Shown here: positions 1 through 12,738 of the stretch, piece by piece | How positions within the stretch are numbered: the first letter of the stretch is position 1 | How the letters are laid out: each line of letters starts with the position of its first letter | Assembly (NCBI RefSeq): GCF_006345805.1 | Contig: NC_043007.1 | Location: forward strand, 51,894,001 to 51,958,000 | DNA length: 64,000 nt | Source: Octopus sinensis | Taxonomy: Eukaryota | Direction: 5' to 3' | Made by a program: the position numbers and the translations under genes | The notes under the pieces: generated by a model | The model's input: the letters and a program-made list of their open reading frames with translations, nothing else | The model's database searches: none | What the model was told of the DNA's origin: nothing

Positions 1-395
1 TTTCTTTCTCTTTGACGAAGAGTTTCCATCTGAAACGTTAGCATATACTACTTTCGCATGGCAAAATAATTTATTCCATTTGTTCAACATTTCACTCCTC
101 TAAATGGTGTCCCCTACTATTTTAAGGAATAAAATTTCACGCGCAGGCATACTTTGACTGTTTAAAGTCCAATTACGGAATCTATATATCTGTGTTATAG
201 AACAAACAACTCTGGAAAAGTGGTTGCGTGTTGTGTGGGTATGAGTGTGCGAGTATATGTAAATTTGTATGTATACGTGCGTGTTCGTTTATGTACATGT
301 GTGGATAAGAGCATACTGTAACATGAATGTTTATGATCCCAAACCGAAATATTTAAATAAGATAATTGACATTCGTACTATATATATATATATAT

Positions 396-601
396 AACTA
401 AAAATAAGGGTGTCTGAGAGACACCACCATGCCGAAATAGCAGTCAAATCCCTGACTCTAAAAACCACGTTAAATGTTCATATCGCACCATGAGATAAGA
501 ACATTTAACGTGCGATATGAACATTAACGTGATTTTTAGAGTCAGGGATTTGACTGCTATTTCGGCGTGGTGGTGTCTCTCAGACACCCTTATTTTTAGT
601 T
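396..601. repeat. Fold-back inverted repeat (~92-bp arms, 21-nt spacer)
   Basis: 396-488 is the near-perfect reverse complement of 510-601; it abuts a (TA)n tract on the left. Confidence 0.9.
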
Positions 602-679
602 GTAAAAAATATTACCTTTGTATGGTATTTTTCCCATGCTGGCCACTTGATAATATCGATATTATCCTTATTTATAATT

Positions 680-764
<85 letters not shown>

Positions 765-1254
765 ACATGTATATATTTATTGTGTTTGTTCCCTTGTGCG
801 TCTATATGCATATATATAAACATACAAAATATACATGTATGCGTGTGTGTGTGTGAGTGAGTGCACGCATACATATATACATATATGATATGTACATACA
901 CACACATACACATATGCATATATCACATATATCCACTAGACACAGGCATTACATAATGTTGTAAAAGGGGAATCGAATACATGTAGTTATGTGTACAATT
1001 CAAATAACTGATAACCTCATCATGTCCACTTTCTTCATTGCCCGCAACCTACGTTTTTCTCATTTCACTTTTTCTCACTTTTCTTCTTTCTCTTCAATCC
1101 GGTTCTCGCCAAGTCATACTATGTCAGTTATCAGGCATGATTTTTCTTCTACAACAATGTCAGGTTTCCCATGTTTAATCTAATAGTTACACAGGATTTT
1201 GCAATTCTCATTCTCAGTAACTCCTTCTGAGATTTGATTATGCCGCTTTGATCT

Positions 1255-1316
1255 TTATTATTATCATCATCATCATCACCATCATCATCATTATCATTAT
1301 TATTATTATTATTATA

Positions 1317-1381
<65 letters not shown>

Positions 1382-1406
1382 GATTATTATTATTATTATT
1401 ATTATT
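1255..1406. repeat. (ATT/ATC)n microsatellite
   Basis: Direct reading. Confidence 0.97.
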
Positions 1407-2704
1407 GCCTTTACACAGCTTCTAACGTTGGATATGTACTACAGTGTCAGCTGTTCACTAGTAGTGAACTAAGGTTCACTTATTTTTCGAGCACCTTCCG
1501 GAGTATTCGAGCAGTTCCAAGCAATGCTGTTGTCTGCAAGTGCTCCACCCTTATTGCATCCCCTATTTATTCCACTTACTTCTCGAGATTTTTGCTCACT
1601 TCCCAGGGCTCCGACATTTATTGGTACTACTGCTACCTTTTTCATCGACCAAAACTGCTTAACTTCCCAAGCTAACCTGTCACATCTCTCAACTTTTCTT
1701 TCTTCTTTATCGCATGCCTTGTTGTCAGCTGGGAATGCTATATCAATGATCCACCATAGTTTGTTTTCTTTCTCAATTAAGAGAAATGGTCGCACTGGAT
1801 CATAAAATCCCATAGGATCTTTGCATTTCTATTTTCGACGATGCCTTCAGGTTTGTGGTCGTGCCAATTTTTTCCTCTGTCAAGGCCATACTTGTTGCAG
1901 AGTGTCCAATGGACAAGCCTGGCTATATTGTTGTGGCGTCTCTTATATTCCTTCTGGGCTAGTGGCGTACATTGGCTGTTAATATGCCATACGGTTTCAC
2001 CGTTTTGTCCACAGCTTCGGCACTTATCACTTTCTGCTGTATTGTCTATTCTGTATTTTATATAGCTAGTTTTTATTGCTTGCTCTTGGGCAGCACAGAT
2101 TAGAGCCTCCGTTTCCGGTTTTAAATATCTTTTAATTAACCACAGCCATCTTTTTCTCTGTCTTATCTTCAACATCCCTATGAAATTGACCATGCATTCT
2201 TTTCTTTACCCACCTATTTTCAGTTTCATTCGTTTTCAATTTCTTGTATAGTGCTTTATCTTTGCAATCTTTCATCCTACACAAGCCTGATCTTCCTACT
2301 TCGAATAATAGCGATTCTGTGGCATTTTTTACATACCATGCTATGTTGTTTTCTTCTGCTCTAATGCTGTGTTCGCATCCAATAAGTCCTCTTCCCCCTC
2401 CTTTTCTTGGTACATACACTCTGTCTGTGTCACTTTTTGTGTGGAGTGACCCATATCTAGTTAGCAGCTTCCTTGTCTTTCTGTCTAAGCTGTTTAGTTC
2501 GTCTACTGTCCATGCGATTACCTAAGGAGTGAAATCACCCAGGTGTTGATAGCTTCGATCTTATTCCGTCCATTTAATTTCGACTTAAGAATCAGTCTCA
2601 GTCTGCGCAAATACTCCACCTTAAATTTTTCTGTCATTTCTTTCTCCATTAATTTATCCAATTCCAAAATCCCCATGTACTTATAGCCCGTCTCTTCTAT
2701 CTGC
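1407..2704 (-). mobile_element. 5'-truncated R4/Dong-like non-LTR retrotransposon (RLE type), degenerate
   Basis: Minus-strand ORF pieces: YVPRKGGGRGL, ETEALICAAQEQAI, CCHC-like KCRSCGQNGETVWHINSQC, RHN..ARLVHW, and RLE-type IIDIAFP...K..VVPINVGALG. Flanked on both sides by (ATT)n. Confidence 0.85.
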
Positions 2705-2738
<34 letters not shown>

Positions 2739-2753
2739 TTTTTGTTGTTGTTG

Positions 2754-2824
<71 letters not shown>
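2705..2824. repeat. (ATT/GTT)n microsatellite
   Basis: Direct reading. Confidence 0.97.
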
Positions 2825-3379
2825 GAGTGAAAGAGCAGTGCACGCCATCAAACTGACACTGGGGTAAAATATACGAAGCCCAATATACCCACCATGACTA
2901 CCCGTCTGATAAGGGTACACCAGGCACATGCATGACAAACATATGTTCGCGACATGGTGATCTCATATCAAGATAAACAGCACATGACCTGGAAGGTGGG
3001 GCCCAGATAGAATTTTCTTCTGGATGAATAGCCCATGCTGCTCAAAAGGTCCCTGAATAAGAATTGTTTGAGGATGTTGAACGAACCACCCATGTTTCCA
3101 AAGGTGAATTATCCAAACCTCCAAGAATTCCTTTCAACACACGGCTATAATACTCCCCCACTACTTCTGCTCATGATCAGGGATGCACTTATCGTCAGCC
3201 ACTAAGGGACATGGTCAACTGGTTAAGGTCAAACAATCGACAAGCAAATCTGTGGTATTGACCAGAATATTTGCTGTAGCCCATCTTTTATACTAAGACA
3301 AAACAATGTACATGATAACACTTCCAATCAGTTAAGATCAGAAGCCATGAGAGCCACTGTCTGGTACTGCATCAGGGTA
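2825..3379. mobile_element. ~555-bp non-coding interspersed element embedded in (ATT)n (putative non-autonomous retroelement)
   Basis: Complex sequence with sharp boundaries against (ATT)n on both sides; no recognisable coding motif. I recall it as an abundant octopus repeat (unverified). Confidence 0.5.
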
Positions 3380-3414
<35 letters not shown>

Positions 3415-3595
3415 TTTCTCCAAAGAGCGGACGTGTCTCAGGAGGCTCCATAAGTTTTGTACCAATTATATTGGAAGTTTGTCTAAAAGTATATATATAT
3501 TTCGATATTTGTGTGGCCAAGGCAACTAACTTCTAGCAGAGCTAGTTGGTTAGGCAAAATTTTACCCCATTAAGGGTAAAATTGCGTTTTGAACT

Positions 3596-4669
3596 TTGAC
3601 AATTTTGCAAACACACACATTTATTTTAACAAACATGTCTTTGAAGCGAGCAGTTAGCTGTTCCCTTCTTCCAACACCACACCCTCCACAAATACACACC
3701 ATTTCGAAAACGGCTCCAAACCGCCCATTTCGCGCCTTAAAAGGCAACAAAGAATTTTTGAAAGAACGTGTCGGCACGTGCACCGTTCAAAATGACAATA
3801 CAAAAGAAGGCGTCACTTTTGACGTCATTGAAGATTTCCCTCCACTTCCTTCTACTAATGCTCCAGTACCAGAGGAGGAGGAAAGAAAAACAATGAACAG
3901 CATCAACAATGACACCACCACCAGCAAGAACACATTTGAACAACATCGTAACGGTTTCGCCTCCGCTGCCAAGCAGGTCTCGGAGGAAATACATGTTACG
4001 ATGGAAGAAATCAAAACTGCTAAAAGTTTATTGGAGAAACAAAGTAACAGCATATTCCTGAAAACACCACAAGAACTGATACAAGAAACAAACAGAAAAA
4101 TAATAATCTACAAGATTTTCGAAAGAAAATACAGAAAAATAAGTAATGTCACACCACAACAACTGGAAATAGCTATGAAGCCCATTTGGGGTCAAAAGAG
4201 CTATGTCACCAAAGGGAAGCGGTTTGGAACCGTGGAGGTTCGATTCCCAACGGGGGAAGATGCAAGGAAACATGCCATTTCGCCCTTGCAAACAGAAAGT
4301 TTGTTGCTCGTACCGACATACCTTGGTCGGCGAGTAACAAAAATCAAAATTGACCAGGTGCCGCCCGAGCTGAGTATATCTTGGCTGGTGGCAGCTGTCC
4401 TCTATGACATAGAGGACACTGCCACTATTCTGGATTTACGCAGGTTGCGAGAGAAGAACTGGTCAGGTATGGGAGTACAGCTGCTGGCACAGATCCAGCA
4501 AGAAAATACAAATTCCATACCTGATTCCATAAATTTGCCGGAAGGCACCAGATTGCACGTTGCTGTAGACGGGCGAAGGCCAAAATGCTACCTCTGCAGC
4601 AGCGAAAACCATCTGAAGAAAGACTGCCCCATTTACAAGCAAAGAATGGAGGCAGAAAAAAAGAAATAG
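3596..4669 (+). CDS. Tx1-type ORF1 (nucleic-acid-binding, CCHC zinc knuckle); a Pro/Thr/Gln-rich extension continues past in-frame stops to ~5450
   Basis: 357-aa ORF ending RRPKCYLCSSENHLKKDCP; colinear with the ORF1 pieces at 27728-28478. Confidence 0.8.
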   Translation: MTILQTHTFILTNMSLKRAVSCSLLPTPHPPQIHTISKTAPNRPFRALKGNKEFLKERVGTCTVQNDNTKEGVTFDVIEDFPPLPSTNAPVPEEEERKTMNSINNDTTTSKNTFEQHRNGFASAAKQVSEEIHVTMEEIKTAKSLLEKQSNSIFLKTPQELIQETNRKIIIYKIFERKYRKISNVTPQQLEIAMKPIWGQKSYVTKGKRFGTVEVRFPTGEDARKHAISPLQTESLLLVPTYLGRRVTKIKIDQVPPELSISWLVAAVLYDIEDTATILDLRRLREKNWSGMGVQLLAQIQQENTNSIPDSINLPEGTRLHVAVDGRRPKCYLCSSENHLKKDCPIYKQRMEAEKKK

Positions 4670-5484
4670 CAGCAGCAGTAGCAACAACAACAACAACAGA
4701 AATAACAACAGCCTGAAACACCAAAAATTTCCACACCATCAACACCATCACCACCACCACGAAGAGCAACACCACCTCCAGCCATCACCAAACCAACACC
4801 AACACCAACACCAACACCAAGAAGGACCATCCAGAAAGAAGCATCAACACCGTCACCAACACCAACAACTGCAGCAACAGCACCGTTTCCTACAAATATT
4901 ACTAATTTTCGACAAACTGTGGAAACGGACCCGACAAATGTCCCCTCTCCAGATCAGGTCAGCTCGGATTGTGCGAGCACTGATAGCGAGAAAGGGGAGT
5001 GGCACACAGTGTCACCGAAAAAGAAAAGACGTAAAAAACAAAAAGACACACATAACACACAGGGGAAGCACGAACAAATAGAGTTTCCCAACATCAACAA
5101 CAACATGCACTCACAACAACAAACAACACTTTCGCCACCATTACTGCCACACACACCAACACTCAGACACCGTTACAGCTATAAACACAAAAAATGAACA
5201 ACTTGTCACACACCTGAAACAAAACACAGACACTAAATATTCTGATTTCGTTAATCCAACGCACAACACACCACCAGCACACATTCTTACCATAAAAATA
5301 AACGAATCAAAATATAACGAAATCAAGGAGAAATTCCCTAACGATGTCGGGTCGCTAGGGAGAAATTTCTCCAAAAAACTCTATAAAAACCTGGTGGAAA
5401 TACCCGTGCAAAAGCACAAGGGAGCCACCCCACCAAACAACAACAGTAAGTAGAGCCTTTTTTCTCCTTCTGAACCTTTAAAAC

Positions 5485-7730
5485 GTGGCTAAACTCAGAA
5501 TAGGTTGCTTAAATGTGAGAGGCCTCGGGTCACCTTGGAAACAGGGCCACCTGTTAAACGACCTGAGGTATCATAGCGTGGATGTAGTAGCCATTAGTGA
5601 AACCAGGCTCTCGCGACCCTTTTCGGTGGATACGAGATTTTTCTATCTCAGTGTCGGCGGGGAGCGGGCGGTGGTGGTACTGCGGTGTTGTTTCGGAAGG
5701 GCCTGGATTTGAAAATAAGGACAGTCTTCCTGGATCCAGAAGGTAAGTTGGTGGTCCTCGACGTAGACGGTAGTGATGGCGATGCTTTCAGACTGCTGGC
5801 TGCCTACGCTCCGACAGGAGCAGGGCAATCCGATTATTTCAAGCGTCTGGAAGTTTTCTTAGGAACGTCACGCACTCTGGTGCTAGTTGGGGATTGGAAC
5901 GCTGTCTTAGACGAACGTTTCGATCGGGTGGGCATGGGAGCATCTGATAGGAGAAGGGGTGCAAGAGCCACGCCAACCTGCTCAGGCGCTTTCAGCTGTC
6001 CGACAGGTTTCGACTAGACAACCCGAATGTGCCAATGTGGACTTGGACTAAACGCATCGGGTCATCTAGATCGTACTTTGATAGAGTCTTCTGTAGGCCA
6101 GCGGATAAGGACAGCAGAGTAAAGCCTTCGATAGGGTCTACCATCGATACCTGGCAGCTTTTCGGTCCAGTCTTCCGCGGGTGGATCGCTGCTTTATACA
6201 GCAACATCTGCTCGGTGATACGGATGAACGGTCACCTTTCGGAGCCGTTTGACACCTCGCGTTCGGTTCGCCAAGGATGCCCTCTCTCGCTCCATTACTG
6301 CACAAGTTGGAGGCTTTGAGGGGTATCCCGCGCGATATAGGAGGTGGAAACAGCGTGTCTGCCTATGCCGACGACGTCACCGTGATGATGTCGAGCCACA
6401 GGCACATTGACCTGATTGGCGAGACGCTAAACGTGTACGAAGCGGTGACAGGTGCAAAGATTAACGCGGAAAAGTCCGTGGGCTTGCAACTGGGCACCTG
6501 GAGAGGCAAGTCCATACCGTCCAACAGCGTCGTAGGGCGCTGGACAGACGGACCCGTTAAACTGCTCGGGGTCTGGTTCGGTCCGGACCTCCAGGTGGAT
6601 AAAAACTGGAAAGAAGTGACGAGCAAAGTAGCCAATCTCACCCAGAAATGGGCCGAGAGGAAGCTGTCCCTGAAAGGTCGAGCGGAGGTGGCGAATGCGT
6701 ACATTGCAATCCGTCATCTATTACCGCTTGACCGTCGTCCCGTGTCCCGACCGCTGGTTAGCCAAGCTGGTACGCTTGCTCTTTGACTTTTTGTGGAAGG
6801 GTCAGATACCACTACTCAGGCGATCCATCTGCTGTCAACGACCGCTGAACGGAGGCCTTGGCATGCCGTGGTTATTGATGCGCAAACATGCGCTCACGCT
6901 ACGGCATCTCAAGCGTTTCCTAGACGGTGAACAGGTGTGGTCGTCTTTTGTCAGACACGACTTTCCGCAGTTCGTCTCTTTGACAGAGCTGCAGACCTGG
7001 ATCAAACGCAGACCGAGAAAAGGTGCTTGGCACCTCCAGTGCCGCCAAGCTTTCTCCGCTCTCCACCGAGCGGGCAATGCGATCGGTAGTAGTTCACTCT
7101 AGCGTTCTAGAGGGTTAGTGGAAGAAAAGTGCGACGACGTTCTCGGGGAAACTCTAGGCGTTGACGATAACGAGCTGAGCAGTCTGTTCGGAAGGACTTC
7201 CGGGCCGGGGCCAATGGATAATTTCCAAAGGTCCCTCGCCTGGCAGTGTTACCGAGGGGCTTTGCCTGTTCGAGATAAACTATACCGGCACGGAAGTGCC
7301 GTCAGCCGGGTCTGCCCGAGGTGCGCTCAGGACGACGAAACCGTTCTGCACGCACTCGTCCAGTGCCCGAGATTGCTGAACTATGGGTTTATGTCGAACA
7401 GCTACTGTCGCGTATAGGACGGATCTGGCTATCAGCTGAATCCATAGTGAAGATTGCCCCGCCGACCTCCTTTAACCGAGAGGGCAAGGCAGTTTTCCTT
7501 TTCCTGTAGCGAAAGAGGTGGTATGGTGGACCTGTTTGAAAGGACTAAAGTCAGACACTTTCCTCTTTGGCCCAGGCCTCATCAACTTTTTCAAGTTTCA
7601 CTTGAAAAGGAGGATGAGAGTAGAGAGGGAAGTGCTGTTTACTGAAAGGTGGATAAATGTCGCAAGAATGGCCAGTGTGAACGGTAATATAAAAGGTAAT
7701 ATAAAAGGAGAAAGGGGCTCTCTACCCCAC
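5485..7730 (+). pseudogene. Tx1 ORF2 (APE + RT), frameshifted; late APE is joined directly to RT motif KAFDRV near 6115
   Basis: Motifs in successive frames; several hundred codons between APE and RT are absent relative to the copy at 48114. Confidence 0.85.
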
Positions 7731-7947
7731 TTTTGACCAGGCTCCCGTGGATTTTATGGGTTTTTACACCAGGAACCTTTCGAAGCACCTCCCCCTATTG
7801 GGAGTTTTTCATTGTTGATATTTTCGTTGTTACACTCTTTTTTACACGGATTTTTGAAACGGACAAAACCCTTTGTAACTTTCTTCCTGTGTTTTGTCCC
7901 TTTATGTTATAATTATTTTTTGTCAACCCTTGTGGCCAATAAAAGAA

Positions 7948-7950
7948 TTA

Positions 7951-8021
<71 letters not shown>

Positions 8022-8088
8022 CATCATCATTACTACTACTACTATTACTACTACTACTACTACCACTACTACTACTACTACAATTATT
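7948..8088. repeat. (ATT)n/(ATC)n/(ACT)n compound microsatellite
   Basis: Direct reading. Confidence 0.97.
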
Positions 8089-9558
8089 CCTTCGTAATAC
8101 AGTGTAGGTAAAAATGGGTTTCTCTTAAGATGCGCGCAGTGGCCAATAAGGCTGCTTTTTGCAAGACATGGAGGGATTTCCAGTTGCCTTAAGAAGACTT
8201 GAAATTTCAGTGGGATTGAGCCCAACGCTCCGATCACCACTGGTATCACTTTTACATTACCCTCTGGCTTTCCATACAGTCTTGCCATTTCCACTTTCAA
8301 TTCGGAGTACTTGGTGATTTTTTTCAACCTCTTTACTCACAACATTCATGTCATGTGGTATGGCTACATCAATGAGCTGACAGTATTTGTCTCTCTTATT
8401 CAACATGACAATATCCGGCCGACGGTGTTCGATTACACGATCCATCTGAAAATCATAGTCCCAAAGTATCGTTATTTTTCCATCCTCTTGCATAACTTTA
8501 CTTGGTACATGCTCATGCCAGTTCTCTGTTACTTCATATTGGTATTTACGGCATAAGAGCCAATGAATATACACAAAATTTATCGTGGCGACGTTTGTAT
8601 TCTTTTTGTGCAAGACTCTCACATCCACTTACCAGGTAGGTCACATTTTCCACACTTTTTCCACAGAGTCTGTATTTCTGGGTGTCAGAAGTTTTATACA
8701 TGTTATACTTCACTGAATTGGTAGCAAGTACCTGGTCTTGTGCAGCAATGATCAGGTTTTCGGTAGTACGCTTCAAATCACTTCGTTTTAGCCATGCCCA
8801 CGATGCTGTATTATCCTTAACGTTTTATGTATTCCTTTCAAACTGTCCATGCATTCTCGTTTCAAAAAGGTCTTCTTTTCTCGTCTCCTCAGCTCTTTGG
8901 TTAAACTCTGCCTTGCCCATCATTTCATCTGCATTTACACCCACATCTTTCGCAGTATATTGCAGCAAGTCTTCATCACTATTTATCAAATACTCGGCAA
9001 GCGTTCTCTTTTCACTCCTTATACAATGGTCTATACTAATTAGTGCTCTGCTACCATTCTTTCTTTTCATATACAATTTGTTTACATTTGCTTTAGGGTG
9101 TAGCGCCCCATGCAGTGTCATCAACTTTCTCATCCCACCTCATTAGTCCATTTGAGGATGAACGCACTATATCTGACCACCGAAACTGCCCAGATATTCA
9201 TTGCGGTAATCAAATTTTTGGCATTCAGGTTGGATTTCAAAACCATCAACACCCTTTTTTGATACCCCTCGCTGACATTGACTTTCATTTCTCTGCGTAG
9301 AATGTCATAAAGCTCCTAAATCCTTAAATATTTATACCCACAACCGTCGAGTTCACCCATGGTCTCTCCTGATGGCAAGCGCAATCCTCTGCAGGCTGCT
9401 TTCTTCCTTCTTTTCATATTAAGTACTGAGCATTTGGCGAACCCAAATTCCATACTGATGTCCCTACCACATTTCTGGGCTGTTTTGGTTAAGGAATCTA
9501 TCTGTTTTTCAGATTTCCCAAACAATTTCAGGTCATCCATAAACAGAAGATGGTTCAA
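8089..9558 (-). mobile_element. R4/Dong-like non-LTR retrotransposon fragment 2 (RT motif C to RLE)
   Basis: NHLLFMDDLKLF, KYL, LHPKANVNKLYMKRKNG, TENLIIAAQDQ, RRHDK, HRRPDIV..LIDVAIP..SKEVEK, VIPVVIGALG. The 3' end abuts the microsatellite. Confidence 0.88.
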
Positions 9559-10960
9559 TGATTGTTTCTGTTTTTAGACTCCACATTCGGGTTATCTCTA
9601 TTTCCAGATCTTTGTATTTTGAGAGTTTCTCCGTTTCTTTTAGAGACACATTGTCACCTGTTGGGATTGATACATCGATTAGAAGGCATTTTTTCTTGGG
9701 AATCTCTGACAACTATATCTGGTCTATAAGCTTTGATTTCCCTATTTGTGTGTATTGGCATATCCCAGAGTATGATTGTTTCGTCATTTTCTGAGGTTTC
9801 TTCTAGGGAGTGTCTATACCATCTCGTTTCTGTTGTCATTCCATAGTGTTGGCATACCTTCCAGTGTATACAGGTCATGTCTGTGGATATATTCCTTCTT
9901 AGCCAGGACTGGGCAGCCAGAGACAATATGATTTATTGTTTCTTCCCCATCACCACATATTCTGCAGTTACTTCATTATGTGTTTCTGCTAGTTTCTTTT
10001 GATCTTGAACTGCAATTAAAAATCTTTCAGTCTCTGCTTTGAGTCCTGAGCTTCTCAGCCATTGTTGGATTTTACTTTGTCTATTTCTTTTCTGTTTAGC
10101 TTATCTCAGTATTTGCCATGTAAGGGCTTGTCTTGCCATCATTTTATCATGATACTTTGTCGTTCCAGTTTTAGTTTGGATGTCAGAAAACAGTTTTTTG
10201 TTTTGCCTGTTTTGTGGCTATTTGTATCAGTTTTCCTTGCTTCTGAATAAGATATTTCTGGTTCTTTTAGTTTTTTAGCTGCATAAGGCCTCCACCACCC
10301 TCAATACGTTGTATATATAACCTTTCTATGTCAGATTTTGGGTGGTGCATCCTAAATTCTGTCATTATTTTTTCTTGTTTTCCTGTGTAGTTTGGTTACT
10401 TCATTTGGAGTAACCAAGAATATTGCAACTGTAACTTATTACTGAGACGGCTAGAGTGTTGATACCTATTATCTTCTTTTATTTTCGCATTGAACTCTGT
10501 TTTAAGTATTACTCTAACTCATCTATATTATTTCTTCCTTATCTTCTCTTTCATTTGTGTGTGTGGTATTGTATCTAGCTCATTGATTCCTAAGTATTTG
10601 TGTGTCTGGCTTCGGTTTAATTGTCTTATTTCATTTGCTTTATCTAGTGTGATATTGTTACTCTTAACTAGTTTTCCTTTTTTCAAGAGTCCTTTGGCAC
10701 ATTTTTCTAAGCCAAATTTCATATTTAATTCTTTGGTAAATCCATCGTTGTTGCTATTTATGTTTGAAAAGAGAGGACGCTTGTTCGTGGCTCATAAGTT
10801 TTCTTTGAAATTTGTTGTTTTATTATTTGGTATTCGAACTTTCGTTGAACTGTTTACTAAATGGTTCTTTGCAGTGAGCTACTTTGGCGAAATATTTCGC
10901 CATTTAAGGACACATTTTAAGGTTTAAAATTTAAAATTTAATATTTCAAAACAAACCCAA
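9559..10960 (-). mobile_element. R4/Dong-like fragment 3 (different subfamily), with a probable 5'-terminal remnant
   Basis: MKFGLEKCAK...[49 protein letters not shown]. The left boundary is a direct junction to fragment 2; the right boundary is approximate. Confidence 0.75.
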
Positions 10961-12738
10961 AAATAACAATATAGCTTCAAAATAATAAGGCTCCAAAAAT
11001 AATAAATGACTTCTCCATTGACAATTTTCTGGAGTTGGCGTCATCTGCGAATATTTCTTATTTTGCTGTGTTTGATAACGCTTGAGATGTTTATATAGAT
11101 TATAAAGAGAAGCGCGCCCAAAACAGTATCCTGGTGGACACCGCTGCTGACTTTTGCATGTATGTGTGTGTGTGATTATGGTTAGAGAAACTTGCCCACA
11201 TCACCTGTGAGATCGAACTGGGAAACACGAATCTGCAAATCGAGCTTCTTTACTTCTACATACAGAACTACACACATATCTACAAACACATCTATACATT
11301 TATCCCAATGCTGCCCATACAACTACCATTGTCATCGCTGCTTCCAATATTTCTAAATATCGTTATACTCTCTCTGATACCCTAATCCTCAACAATGCCA
11401 CCCATCAGGCCCACCACCACACCACACTACCCTATCCCACCATCCTATCGTCCATCCATCCATTTCGTTGGAATCTCACTCTTGGTGGTGGTGGTGGTGG
11501 TGGTGGTGGTGGTGTGGTGGTGGTGGTGGTGGTGGTTCTAAGGGATTTTATGATGGATGACATCCTCATCTGAGTAGGCCACCTAACATGGCTGTTACGT
11601 GTTAAACAGATTGTGAAAACATAATACTCTGATCGATCTTAGTTACTTCCCGTTCAGACATTTTAAACTTTGTTTTTATATTTCCATGCTTGTTTTTATT
11701 TCTTTATTTACAATTTTCTATCTAATATGCTTTGTTAGAAAACAAAAAACATATATACCAATATTGGAATATCATTTCACTCGAAACTCTTCACATTCGC
11801 AGACAACGTGAGATGTCCCGAACCGACGAACCTGCAAGAAATAGCAATCAAATCTCACCGAAATCCTACCTCTTTCAGGAAAAAAGAAGAACAGGGCATA
11901 TCAAAGAATTGTAGTTCTAGATACAGATTGCATAGGAAAAATAACTAGTTGGTCACAGTTGGAAAGTCTTTGATCATAGTTAAATTGATTATTTTAATTA
12001 ACCATCGGGTTTATTTTTTATTGGGTACCAGGTCTGGGTACCAGTGAGGATGAATTTCTAACGAATGGTGTCCCATTGGTAACTAAAATTTGTTTTATAC
12101 GTAGGGTTTCCTTATTCAATGAATGATCGATTGGTGAATATTCAGAATCTCATATTTTATATTTGTGTGGACATTTACTGTGTGCATGTAAAGGTAATTG
12201 TTCGCAATTTCAGTGCATAAAAAGGTATCGTATGTGTTATACATTATTTTTGTTTTTATATCTATGAGGTGGTGTTGGGGTTTGTATATATTGAGATTAT
12301 GAATGTAAGTAGGGAAATTTTTTTTTCATAAAACATCATAAAATAGAACCATCACTTCAACCTCAAACTATTAATATAATGCATTGTGAATATTAACACA
12401 AAACCTCAAACTAACAAACCACAAACTATTAATATAATCTACAAAATCTAATAAAAGCTAGAAAGTTGTAAATTTCACGAATCAGACTATTACCCTAGTC
12501 GTTACAAGTACCACGTTCGTTACACAATTAACCATCAAAACACGCTACTTACAATATGAGCCATCAGAACACGCTACTTAACATGCAACAAAAATATTGA
12601 CAACACCACAGTTGTAGATAGAACTCTATAAAACAATGAGAATATCTGTATGGATAGGAAAATATTAGCCAAAAATTAAAACACACATACAACAAATGCG
12701 AAATTAACTTGCAAAACTACCGGGCTTTAACGTTTATA

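Larger units (their letters stand above)
3414..7950 (+). mobile_element. Tx1/L1-clade non-LTR retrotransposon with both ends retained, internally deleted
   Basis: 5'UTR, ORF1 with CCHC knuckle, APE start (IGCLNVRGL, ISETRL, LVGDWN, YFDRVF), RT (KAFDRV, VRQGCPLS, YADD), C-terminal CPRC..ETVLHALVQC, AATAAA at 7938, then (ATT)n. Confidence 0.9.

Noticed and set aside
420-460. GCC-GAAA-TAGCAG-TC resembling a hammerhead 3' half in the fold-back
   Set aside because: No CTGANGA or stem I partner upstream on either arm.
3100-3198. Minus-strand CTGACGA in the 555-bp element
   Set aside because: The next GAAA is far away and the intervening sequence does not form stem II.
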